Positions 10,637 to 19,620 of a DNA stretch of 64,000 nt are shown here, in pieces. This DNA is from Haliangiales bacterium. GTDB lineage: Bacteria; Myxococcota_A; Polyangia; Haliangiales; Haliangiaceae. The notes under the pieces are model-generated. The model did not search any database. It was not told the origin of the DNA and worked only from the letters and a program-made list of their open reading frames with translations. The stretch lies in contig JBBQEX010000005.1 in NCBI GenBank assembly GCA_038321315.1, positions 100,097 through 164,096 of the forward strand, written 5' to 3'. Position 1 is the stretch's first letter. Each line of letters starts with the position of its first letter. The position numbers and the translations under genes are program-made.

Positions 10637-11751
10637 CTTGGTACGGCGGCGGCCAGTCGTGGTCCGAGGAGGACGAGGCCGCCTATCAGGCGCAGCTCGA
10701 GCGCGCGCGGATCCAGCGGACGCCGTATCCGTCGAAGCGCACGGTCGCAGGCTTCGGCGATCCGGCGCCGCTCGGCGCGCGCGGCCTGGTCGCCGGCCGG
10801 TTCCTGCCGATGCACCGCGGCCACCAGTACCTGCTCGACTTCGCGACCGCGTCGGTCGAGCACCTGGTGATCCTGGTCGCGACCCGGCCCGACGATCCGC
10901 TCCCGTATCACCTGCGCGCGCGCTGGCTCGCCGAGCTGTACCCCGACGCGCAGCTCGCCGAGCTGACGATGGCGATCGACGGCGACACGCGCGAGCTCGC
11001 CGCGCGGATCCGGACGATCGCGGGCGAGCCGACGCACTTCTTCGCGTCGGAGCCGAGCTACGTGGCGATCGCGAACGAGCTGCGCGCGACGTTCGTGCCG
11101 GTCGATCCGACGCGCATCGTGATCCCGACCTCGGGCACCGCGATCCGCGCGAACGTGATGGAGAACTTCCACTTCATCGTGCCGCCGGCGCGGCCGTGGT
11201 TCGCGCGTCGCGTCGCGGTCGTCGGCGCCGAGTCGACCGGCAAGTCGACGCTGTGCGCGCAGCTGCGCGACGCGTTCGAGGCCGTCGTCGTGCCCGAGTA
11301 CGCGCGCACGCTCGGCGCGATGCCGTCGAGCGCGGTCCAGCTCGTGGCGCGCAGCCAGATCGCGTCGGAGGACGCGCTCGCCCTCCAGGTCCCCGGTGGC
11401 AACGGTGGCGGGTTGCTCGTGTGCGACACCGATCTGCGCGCGGTCAAGCTGTGGTCCGATCGGCTCTACGAGGGCGATCTGCCGCCGTGGATCGAGGCCG
11501 CGATCGCGGTGCGACCGTACGACCTCTACCTGTTGTGCAGTCCGGACATCCCGTTCGTCGGCTATCCCGAGCGCGATCACCCGGTCGATCGCCGGACGTT
11601 CCACGACCTCCTGCTCGCGTCGCTCGCCGGTCAGCCGGTCGTGCTCGTCGAGGGCGATCGTGCCGAGCGCTTCCAGATCGCGTCCGACGCGATCGTGTCG
11701 CTGTTCTCGCCGACGACGCTGTTGTCCGCCCGCGGCACCACGATGATCTGA
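10603..11751 (+). CDS. NadR-like bifunctional NMN adenylyltransferase / ribosylnicotinamide kinase, without the HTH domain.
   Basis: This is the 3-prime part of the 9010..11751 ORF frame. The nucleotidyltransferase motif is GRFLPMHRGHQYLL (GxFxPxHxGH) and the P-loop is VAVVGAESTGKSTL, which matches the NadR RNK-domain Walker A. The probable GTG start overlaps the end of the upstream fusion gene by about 30 nt. The Arg-rich 5-prime 530 codons of that ORF are an artefact. Confidence 0.6.
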   Translation: MAERGREHDPVAWYGGGQSWSEEDEAAYQAQLERARIQRTPYPSKRTVAGFGDPAPLGARGLVAGRFLPMHRGHQYLLDFATASVEHLVILVATRPDDPLPYHLRARWLAELYPDAQLAELTMAIDGDTRELAARIRTIAGEPTHFFASEPSYVAIANELRATFVPVDPTRIVIPTSGTAIRANVMENFHFIVPPARPWFARRVAVVGAESTGKSTLCAQLRDAFEAVVVPEYARTLGAMPSSAVQLVARSQIASEDALALQVPGGNGGGLLVCDTDLRAVKLWSDRLYEGDLPPWIEAAIAVRPYDLYLLCSPDIPFVGYPERDHPVDRRTFHDLLLASLAGQPVVLVEGDRAERFQIASDAIVSLFSPTTLLSARGTTMI

Positions 11752-11768
11752 GCTGAGTTAGCATCGCC

Positions 11769-13163
11769 GTGATGCCACGTTACGAATTCGTCGAGGGGAC
11801 GTCGAAGAAGTTCTGGGAGATCGCGGTCGCCGGCAAGGCCGTCACCACGAAGTGGGGACGCCTCGGCACACCCGGGTCGGAGAAGACCAAGGCGTTCGCG
11901 AGCCCGGCCGCGGCGCAGAAGGAGCACGACAAGCTGGTCGCCGAGAAGACCAAGAAGGGTTACGCGGCGGTCGGCGGCAAGCCGGCCAAGGCGAAGGCGG
12001 CCAAGGCGGCCGCGCCGGTTGTTGAGGAGCCGCGCAACGCGGCGCTCGAGAAGGCGATCCGCGACGATCCCGACGACGACGGCGCGTACGGTGTGTACGG
12101 CGACTGGCTCGCGCAGCAGGGCCACCCGCGCGGCGAGCTCGCGACCGCGCAGCTCGCGCGCAACACCGCGGTCGCCAAGAAGCTGCTCGCCAAGCACGCG
12201 GCGCTATGGGGCGAGCTCGCCGGGCTCGAGGACGTCGTCACGAACGTGATCTGGAAGGGCGGGTTCATCGAGCGCGCGCGCGTCGCGAACACGTTCGAGC
12301 GCTCGACGATGCACGGCGGCGAGAAGTCGACGATCGACGTCGCCGACGTGGTCGGCAAGCTGCTGGCCGGGCCGGGGCGGTTCCTCCGCGAGCTCGTCGT
12401 CGGGATCGTCGACTACGAGGGCAACGGCTACCGGGACGTCGTGAAGGCGATCGCGGCCCACAAGTCGGTCCCGACGCTGCGCTCGCTGTACTTCGGCGAC
12501 TTCCACTCCGAGGAGACCGAGCTCAACTGGAGCGCGATCGGCGAGATCACCGAGCTCGGCAAGGCGTGCCCGAACCTCCAGCGCCTGAAGCTGCGCAGCG
12601 GCGGCATGAAGCTCGGCAAGCTCGACTTCCCGAACCTCGTCGGCCTCACGATCTTCAGCGGGGGCCTCGATCCGGCGAGCAGCAAGGCGATCGCCGATGC
12701 GAAGTGGCCGAAGCTCGAGAAGCTCGACCTCATGTTCGGGCGCAAGAGCCACGGCGCGCTCGCGACCGCCAAGCCGCTGCAGGCGCTGTTCGACGCCAGG
12801 TCGGTCCCGCGGCTGACCGCGCTCGGGATCAAGAACTTCGAGTTCCACGCCGAGCTCGTCCCGATGCTGTTGCGCAGCAAGCTGCTCCGCCAGCTCGAGA
12901 CGCTCGATCTGTCGCTCGGCACGATGGGCGACGCCGAGGCCGCGCTGCTGCTCGCGGGCAAGGCGCAGCTCGCGCACCTGAAGAGCCTCGACGTCTCGGA
13001 GAACTTCTTCACCGCGGCCGGGTTGAAGACGCTCAAGCAGATCGGCATCCCGATCGAGACCAAGAGCGGCAACGGGAGCGCGTGGAACAGCAACAAGCTC
13101 GGCCAGCGCGACGACGAGGATCCCGAGGATCCGTCGGATCGTTACGCGTCGATCTACGAGTAG
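11769..13163 (+). CDS. WGR-domain protein with a TIGR02996 repeat-companion motif and a leucine-rich-repeat (RNI-like) C-terminal domain.
   Basis: The N-terminus has KKFWEI...TKWGRLGTPG (WGR domain). Then comes DDPDDDGAYGVYGDWLAQQGHPRGEL, a TIGR02996-type motif. The remaining ~300 aa have regular LxxLxLxxN/G spacing (LQRLKLRSGGMKLGKLDFPNLVGLTIFSGGL...). Confidence 0.6.
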   Translation: MMPRYEFVEGTSKKFWEIAVAGKAVTTKWGRLGTPGSEKTKAFASPAAAQKEHDKLVAEKTKKGYAAVGGKPAKAKAAKAAAPVVEEPRNAALEKAIRDDPDDDGAYGVYGDWLAQQGHPRGELATAQLARNTAVAKKLLAKHAALWGELAGLEDVVTNVIWKGGFIERARVANTFERSTMHGGEKSTIDVADVVGKLLAGPGRFLRELVVGIVDYEGNGYRDVVKAIAAHKSVPTLRSLYFGDFHSEETELNWSAIGEITELGKACPNLQRLKLRSGGMKLGKLDFPNLVGLTIFSGGLDPASSKAIADAKWPKLEKLDLMFGRKSHGALATAKPLQALFDARSVPRLTALGIKNFEFHAELVPMLLRSKLLRQLETLDLSLGTMGDAEAALLLAGKAQLAHLKSLDVSENFFTAAGLKTLKQIGIPIETKSGNGSAWNSNKLGQRDDEDPEDPSDRYASIYE

Positions 13164-13184
13164 AACTACGAGTAAGGTCAGGCG

Positions 13185-13805
13185 ATGAAAGCTGCCGCGC
13201 TCGCCATCCTCCTCGCGTCGTCGTCGCTCGCGCTCGCCGACAAGCCGGCACCCAAGGTCGACGTGATCGCGACCCAGCTCGACGGCCTGAAGACCGCCGC
13301 GAAGTGCGCCGACGCGACGTCGCCGTGGCGACCGTGGTGCATCGCGACGAGGTTCGCGACCGGCACCGTCGCGGATCTGCCGAAGGGCAAGGTCCTCGTC
13401 GGGCTGTCGATCCGGCTCGAGAAGGGCAAGGACCTCGCCGACGCGCTGTCGAATCGGGTGACGCTCGCCGCGCTCGCGATCGACGCCGACGGCAAGGTCA
13501 AGCTGACCGACGTCACGCCGAGCAACGACGGCGAGTCGACGATGATCGGCAAGGCCGTGTTCAACGCGTCGGCGGTGTTCAAGGGCAAGGCGACCTCGAT
13601 CGACGTGCCGAAGGAGCTCGCGGGCTACATCGGGACGCTCAAGGGCGCGTACGCCGCGACCAGGACCGCGACCGAGTGGACGTGGACCGGCAAGTCGGCG
13701 ATGCACCTGCGCAAGGTCGACAAGTTCTGGGTCGCGATCGAGGTGCCCGACGCGCAGGACGGGATCTTCGCGACGATCTTGACCGACGCCTGGGCCGGCA
13801 AGTAG
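13185..13805 (+). CDS. Secreted hypothetical protein.
   Basis: 206-aa ORF with the signal peptide MKAAALAILLASSSLALADKP and typical GC3 bias. Confidence 0.55.
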   Translation: MKAAALAILLASSSLALADKPAPKVDVIATQLDGLKTAAKCADATSPWRPWCIATRFATGTVADLPKGKVLVGLSIRLEKGKDLADALSNRVTLAALAIDADGKVKLTDVTPSNDGESTMIGKAVFNASAVFKGKATSIDVPKELAGYIGTLKGAYAATRTATEWTWTGKSAMHLRKVDKFWVAIEVPDAQDGIFATILTDAWAGK

Positions 13806-13806
13806 C

Positions 13807-15345
13807 TCAGCCTTCGATCACGAAGCGCTCGTGCTCGCTGGCGAGCTCGCGGCCGGTCGGCGACACCACGGCGCGCTCGTCGTCACACGGGATCGCGAGG
13901 TCGTCGATCGCGAGCAGGCCGTCGACGATCGCGAGCTCCTCGGGCGGTAGCTCCCACGTGACGGCGTCGACGATCTCGACGCGCTCGGCGGCGATCGCGA
14001 GCTCGTGCAGCGTTCCGGCGTGCCGCCAGAACAGCCGCGTGCCGTCGGCCGAGAACCCGAGGCGGTCGCTCTCGCGCGCGGGAGCCGCGAGCTCGGCCTC
14101 GAACAGGCGCGCGCCGCTGGCGACGTCGTGAACGACGAGGCCGCCGCGCGACCACACCGCATGGCGCTCGCCGGCCGCGTCGAACGCGACGAGGTCGCCG
14201 TGGCGCGCGCCCCGGCGTCGATCGTCGATCGCGAGCTCGCCGTCGGTGGTCCGCCACGCGCGAAACGCGAACGGCGTGATCTCCATGAACGCGGCATTGC
14301 CGAGGCGCTGGCAGTCGCGCGGCGGACCGCCCTCGAGCCAGCCCGGGCCGTTGACGTCGAGCACCCTGACCACCGCGGGGTCACCGGCGCGCGCGAGGAA
14401 CGGCGCGGTGAACACGTGCGCGCCGTCGGGCGAGAAGGCGATCTTCCGCCACGCACGGCCGCGTGCGGGCATCGCGACCTGCGCGGCGAGCGCGAGGTCC
14501 GGGTCCCACACGCGGATCACGCCGCCGCCGTAGGTGACGATCGCACCATCGGGGGCGATCGCGAGCTCGCCGGGATCGAAGCAACCCCAGCTGCCACCGA
14601 CCGCCCCGGTCTCGACGTCGCGCAGCGAGAGGCCCTCGCTCTCGACGCACACCAGCGCGCCGTCGCGGAGCCCGGCGGTGCCGATCCGGCCCTCGGCGCG
14701 CCAGATCACCCGGCCGCGCGCGGGATCGATCAGGTAGCTCGCGTGGTCGTAGGCGTCGCCGTAGTCGAACGCCTCGGTGATCACGATCGCGAGCTCGGTG
14801 CCGATCGGCACGAGGTGGGTCGCGGCCTCGCCGTCGCCGGTCTCGAGCTCGACCCGGCGGGTGCCGTCGTCGAGCACGGCGCGGCCGTCGCGCGCGGGCA
14901 TGCGCTCGGTGATCAGCCGCCACGGCGATCGCGGTTCGACGACGAGCCCGCGCGGATCGATCGTGCGGCCGGTGCCGCGATCCCACGCGATCGCGCCGGC
15001 GATCCCGATCACGCCGGCGCCGTCGACGTCGCGGACCGCGAGCGACCCGGTCGCGTCGGTGCGGTACTCCTCGACGATGCCGGCGGGCAGGGGCCACGGA
15101 CCACCGAGCGCGCGCAGCCAGCGCTTGCCGGGCGCCCACGCCGCGACCCACGCGTCGATCGGCGCGCGCCGGCGCACGAGACACGGGATCGCGAGCTCCG
15201 GACGCACCGCGGTGAGCGCGAGATCGATCCGGATCAGGCGCGCGAGCTCGCGGCGCGCCGGATCGGCGATCGACCACTCGGCGATCAGCGCCGGCAGCTG
15301 ACCGGCCTCGGCCTCGTCGAGCACGCGCCCGAGCTCTTCGATCAC
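13807..15345 (-). CDS. Hypothetical protein, possibly a beta-propeller, translationally coupled to sthA.
   Basis: 512-aa ORF. Its ATG overlaps the sthA stop (ATGA), so it is the third gene of the HDOD-sthA operon. It has repeated G-x-V/I-x-VWD-like segments. I recognise no family. Confidence 0.5.
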   Translation of the reverse strand: MIEELGRVLDEAEAGQLPALIAEWSIADPARRELARLIRIDLALTAVRPELAIPCLVRRRAPIDAWVAAWAPGKRWLRALGGPWPLPAGIVEEYRTDATGSLAVRDVDGAGVIGIAGAIAWDRGTGRTIDPRGLVVEPRSPWRLITERMPARDGRAVLDDGTRRVELETGDGEAATHLVPIGTELAIVITEAFDYGDAYDHASYLIDPARGRVIWRAEGRIGTAGLRDGALVCVESEGLSLRDVETGAVGGSWGCFDPGELAIAPDGAIVTYGGGVIRVWDPDLALAAQVAMPARGRAWRKIAFSPDGAHVFTAPFLARAGDPAVVRVLDVNGPGWLEGGPPRDCQRLGNAAFMEITPFAFRAWRTTDGELAIDDRRRGARHGDLVAFDAAGERHAVWSRGGLVVHDVASGARLFEAELAAPARESDRLGFSADGTRLFWRHAGTLHELAIAAERVEIVDAVTWELPPEELAIVDGLLAIDDLAIPCDDERAVVSPTGRELASEHERFVIEG

Positions 15346-16730
15346 CCCGCGATCGTGCCACGTCCGCCGCGCTGGCGCAGGACGTCGAGCGCCGCGACGC
15401 GATAGGCCTCGCCGAGCGTCGGGAAGTTGAAGACGTTGTCGACGAACGCGTCGGCCTCCCAGCCGGCGATCATCGCGATCTGACCGACGTGGACCAGCTC
15501 GGCGGCACCCTCACCGACGACGTGGACGCCGAGCACGCGGCGACCCGAGGGATCGCACACCAGCTTCAGGAGGCCATCTTCGATCGCGGAGATCTGCCCG
15601 CGCGCGAGCTCGCCGAACCGCGCGCGTCCGACGACCGCCCCGGGGACCTGCGCCTCGGTCAGGCCGACGCTGGCGAGCTCGGGGATCGCGTAGACGCCAG
15701 CGGGGATCAGCTCGGCCGATGGCGGAACCGGGAGCGCGAGCGCGTGACACGCGGCGCGCCGACCTTGCTCCATCGCGGTCGCCGCGAGCGACGGCGGGCC
15801 GATCACGTCGCCGACCGCGTAGATGTGCGGGACCGCGGTGCGGCCGTGGCGGTCGACCTCGAGGAGGCCGCGCGCGGTCGCGACGAGGCCGGCGGCGTCG
15901 AGCGCGAGCCCGCTCAGGTTGGCCTCGCGGCCGAGGCAATAGAGCAGCTTCTCGGACTCGAGGCGGCGACCGTCGTCGAGCGTGGTGGTCACCGCGACGC
16001 CGTCCCACGCGATCGTGCGCGCGCTGCGGCCGCCGAGGTAGGTGCCGCCCTGGCGGGTGAACGCGCGGACCAGCTCGTCGGTCATCTCCTCGTCGAAGAA
16101 GGCGAGCGGGCGGGGCGAGCGATCGATCATCGTCACGCGCACGCCGAGCGCGGCGAACGTGCACGCGTACTCGGTCGCGATCACGCCGCTGCCGATCACC
16201 GCGAGCGAGCTCGGCAGGTAGGTCAGCGACAGGATCGAGTCGCTGTCGAGCACGTTCTCGTGATCGATCGGCACGTCCGGCGGGTTGCGCGGATGCGAGC
16301 CGGTCGCGATCACGACGTGCGTGCCGGTCGCGGTGCGCCGCGAGCCATCGACGCCGCGGACCTCGACGTCGTGCGGCGAGGTGAACCGCGCGCGGCCGTG
16401 CCAGCGCGCGACGCCGTTGCGATCGAGTTGGTCGGCGATGAACCGCTGGTGCGACGCGATCACGTCGCCGACGCGGGTCATCAGGCTGGCGAGCTTGAGA
16501 TCGGCGGGCGGCTGGACATCGAGGACACCGCCCGACCGCCGGCGCAGGAGGCCGAGCGCGACCGCGGTCTCCCGCAGCGTCTTCGACGGGATCGTGCCGC
16601 GGTGCACGCACGCCCCGCCGGGGTGCGCGCCCTCCTCGATCACGACGACGCGTGCGCCGGCCTTGGCCGCCTGGACCGCGGCCTTCTGGCCGGCCGGGCC
16701 GCTGCCGATCACGACCATGTCGAACTTCAC
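15342..16730 (-). CDS. sthA: Soluble pyridine nucleotide transhydrogenase (flavoprotein disulfide reductase family).
   Basis: 462 aa: [80 protein letters not shown]. These align closely with E. coli SthA ([63 protein letters not shown]). Confidence 0.85.
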   Translation of the reverse strand: [462 protein letters not shown]

Positions 16731-17527
16731 GCGATCGCCTCGAGCGCGACGGTGATGTCGGCCGACTTGCGCGCGAGCGCCTCGACGTCCTCGGGATACA
16801 GGTTGAGCGCGGCGGCGAGCGCGGCGCCCTCGAACGGCTCGCCGTCGAGCGCGTGGGCGAACCGATCGCCGAGCGCGACGGTCAGCGCGAGCTCGTTGTC
16901 GGCGGGCGCGTGGTGCGCGCGGACCGCCTCGGCGACCCGCACCGGCAGCCTCCAGCGCTCGATCAGCGTGCCGCCGAGCTCGGCGTGGACGCGGTCGGCC
17001 TCGGCGAGGATCGCGGCGCGATCCGGCGACACGCGATGTGCGGCGTGAACGTCGAGCAGGACCTGCAGCGCGAGCGGCTTGCCGATGTCGTGGAGCAGCC
17101 CGGCGAGGAACGCGAGATCGACGCCGCTGCGCCGCGCGCGGGCGATCTCCTGCGCGAACAGCGCCGAGGCCAGTGAATGACGGAACGTGGCGCGCACCTC
17201 GGGCTCGAATCCGGCGACCGCGAACACGCGCAGCTTGGTCGCGACGACGAGCGCGATCTGCGTGATCGTCGCGAACCCGAGGCGGCCGATCACCTGCTGG
17301 AGCGACGCGAGCTTGGTCGAGCCGGCATACATCGGCGACGCGGCGACCCGCATGACGTGCGCCGTGAGGCTGGCGTCGCGGCGGATCAGGTCGGCGAGGG
17401 CGCGCGCGTCGCAGTCGGGGCGATCGACGAGCGCGAGCACCTGGGCCGCGACCTCGGGCAACATCGGCAGCGCGAGCTCGCCGGCGGCGACGCGATCGGC
17501 GAACGTCTGTTGCACCGAGGGTTCCAT
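16727..17527 (-). CDS. HDOD-domain protein (HD-related output domain signalling protein).
   Basis: The real start is MEPSVQQTFADRV at about 17527. The LLHDIGKPLAL motif is present. The stop overlaps the sthA start (ATGA). The upstream 190 codons of the 16727..18100 ORF are Arg/Ser-rich run-through. Confidence 0.7.
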   Translation of the reverse strand: MEPSVQQTFADRVAAGELALPMLPEVAAQVLALVDRPDCDARALADLIRRDASLTAHVMRVAASPMYAGSTKLASLQQVIGRLGFATITQIALVVATKLRVFAVAGFEPEVRATFRHSLASALFAQEIARARRSGVDLAFLAGLLHDIGKPLALQVLLDVHAAHRVSPDRAAILAEADRVHAELGGTLIERWRLPVRVAEAVRAHHAPADNELALTVALGDRFAHALDGEPFEGAALAAALNLYPEDVEALARKSADITVALEAIA

Positions 17528-17828
17528 CGCTACCGGATCAATCGACCGCCGCGGCGTGACGTACAGTAGGGCGATGTCAGCTTCGTGGGGCCCGGCGATC
17601 GAGCCGGCGATCGCGGTGATCGAGCGGCTGGTCGCCGAGGAGTGCGGGGGTGCATGAGCTGGCGCTGCACCTGCAGATCGGGCACGACGCCGCGGTGATG
17701 CCCGACGCGATCGCCGGCTGCTTCGAGCTCGCGACCCACGACGGGCCGCTCGCCGGAGCCACCCTGGCGATCGCGATGGTCCCTGGATCGATCCTGACGA
17801 TTCGCCGAAGCACCGCGAACGCGACCCG

Positions 17829-19140
17829 ATGGAGAGCGTGCCGGAGGCCGCGGGCCTGCTCGCCGAGCTGACCGGCATGATGGCGACGAGCGAGAGCGCG
17901 CTGGCGTTCCTCGACGAGCTGGCCACCGCGGTGATGCCGGCGGATCGCCGCGACGTCGAACACCTGACGTGGCGCGAGCGCGGCGCCGCCGACGAGCAGG
18001 CCGCCCGCCTCGATCCGCGCGCGGCCGCCGAGGCCCAGCTGCGTGCCGCCGAACGTCGGTTTCGCGCGCTCGTCGAGCAGATTCCGGCCGTGACGTTCAT
18101 GGCCGTGCTCGGCGAAGCAGCTCCACCTCGAGGACCGCCACCTGTGGAACCTCGAGTTCTCGCGCGGCATCCGCACCGGCGGTTCGTTCAAGGCCGAGTG
18201 CCGGTTCCACGCGCGCGACGGTCACATCGTGTGAGTGCACGGCGAGGCGCGGATCATCAAGGACGAGCAGGGCCGCCCCTCGCTCCTCCAGGGCATCGCG
18301 TTCGACATCACCGAGACCAAGCGCGCGCAGGAGATCGTGCTCGCGAACGCCGTGAGCACCGCGAAGCACGAGGAGGAGCTCGCGATCGCGCACCGCATCC
18401 AGACCCAGATGTTGCCGCGCGAGATCGAGGTCCTCGGGCTCGAGTGCGCGAGCGCGATGCGGCCGGCCGACGATATCGGCGGCGACTACTTCGACGTGCT
18501 GCCGGCCAAGCGTGGCGCGTGGATCGCGATCGGAGACGTCGCCGGACACGGCCTCTCGGCGGGCCTGATCATGCTGCTGCTCCAGTCGGCGGTCGCGTCG
18601 GTGTCGCGCGCGATGCCGAACGCCACGCCCAAGGAGTGATCGCGAACGTCAACGCCGTGCTGTTCGAGTCGATCCGCGATCGGCTCGGCCGCGACGAGCA
18701 CGTGACGTTCTCGCTGTTCCGCTACACCCACGACGGACGCCTCGTGTTCGCCGTCGCCCACGAGGACGTCGTCGTGTATCGCGCGGGCACCGGGCAGGTC
18801 GAGCTCGTGCGACCGACCGGGGTGTGGCTCGGGGCGCGGGCGGAGATCGGGCACCTCACCGAGAACGCCGCGATCCGGCTCCACGACGGCGATGTCGTCG
18901 TGCTCTACACCGATGGGATCACCGAGGCGATGAACGCGGCCGGCGTGCAGTTCGATCTGCCGCGACTCACGAGATCGTGGTCGCCAACGGCACGCCGCCG
19001 CCGCACGAGATCGTCGCCGCGATCCTGGCCGCGGTCTCTGCGTGGATGCACGTGCAGGATGACGATCTCTCGCTCCTCGTGTTCCGCTACACGACGCCGC
19101 CGGGTCGCGAGCGCAATCAGACCTCGCACCGACCGTGAGC
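17829..19140 (+). pseudogene. Disrupted PAS-domain PP2C-type (RsbU/SpoIIE-like) serine phosphatase gene.
   Basis: The reading frame jumps 0 -> 1 -> 0 -> 2. (1) The PAS domain lacks about 25 residues between FMAVLGE and QLHLEDRHLWNLEF. (2) An in-frame TGA at 18232-18234 sits where the conserved PAS Trp belongs (FHARDGHIV*VHGEARIIKDEQGRP...DITETKRAQE). (3) The PP2C core GDVAGHGLSAGLIMLL is in frame 1, and a 1-nt shift near 18640 leads to ...VIANVNAVLFES..FRYTHDGRL..LYTDGITEA. (4) Another 1-nt shift near 18965 precedes HEIVVANG...DDDLSLLVFRYT. Confidence 0.65.
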
Positions 19141-19143
19141 TGA

Positions 19144-19536
19144 TCACTCGAACTTCAGCGAGGCGCGGCGCCGATCGGTGTCCCACGAGCTCGCACACTT
19201 GCAGGCCAGGTCGATCGCCTCGACGTAGTCGCCGTCGCGATCGTGCGCGACGCTCGCGCGCACGATGACCTCGAAGGTCTCGCGCAGACACTCGCTTCGC
19301 GGGCCGCGCTCGACGACGCGGATCGCCTTGCCGTTCTTGACCAGCGCGAAGCGGTGCCCGCCGGGGACCTCCGCGATCGAGCCGGCGGCGACGTAGCCGT
19401 GGATCTGGAGCCGCTTGGCCTGCCACGCCGCGAGGTCACCGACCTCGTCGACCATCTTGTAGTACGAGGTGTGATCGATCGCGCCGGCAGTGACGCAGGT
19501 GGCCAGTGCGAGCGCGGCGAGCAACCCGGGTTCCAT
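19144..19536 (-). CDS. CcmE-like OB-fold protein (resembles the cytochrome c maturation haem chaperone CcmE); stand-alone.
   Basis: 131 aa: MEPGLLAALALATCVTAGAIDHTSYYKMVDEV..RLQIHGYVAAGSI..HRFALVKNGKAIRVVERG..CLRETFEVIVRASVAHDRDGDY. This parallels CcmE ([58 protein letters not shown], which has the His/Tyr haem site). Confidence 0.45.
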   Translation of the reverse strand: MEPGLLAALALATCVTAGAIDHTSYYKMVDEVGDLAAWQAKRLQIHGYVAAGSIAEVPGGHRFALVKNGKAIRVVERGPRSECLRETFEVIVRASVAHDRDGDYVEAIDLACKCASSWDTDRRRASLKFE

Positions 19537-19620
19537 GTCAGCCCTACCGTCGCGCCCAGCGCGCCATTCCCCCGATTCCGGGGAACTTCGCCCGGCGACC
19601 ACCCTCGCTACCGTGACCGG

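Noticed and set aside
9010-11751. 913-aa ORF in another frame across the SDR-aminotransferase gene
   Set aside because: Only its last ~380 codons (the NadR-like gene) look protein-like. The 5-prime 530 codons are poly-Arg/Ala/Gly and overlap the well-supported fusion gene.
12204-13706. 500-aa minus-strand ORF across the WGR/LRR gene and the following gene
   Set aside because: It is antisense to two well-supported genes and is Arg/Leu/Glu-rich low-complexity sequence.
17650-17871. 73-aa ORF upstream of, and partly overlapping, the phosphatase pseudogene start
   Set aside because: It looks weakly protein-like (..VMPDAIAGCFELATHDGPLAG..). It could be a further shifted N-terminal piece of the same decayed gene, but this cannot be shown without homologues. 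I did not call it.
16727-18100. Full 457-aa extent of the HDOD ORF
   Set aside because: The N-terminal 190 codons are Arg/Ser-rich and extend into the divergent intergenic region. The protein-like sequence begins at MEPSVQQ.
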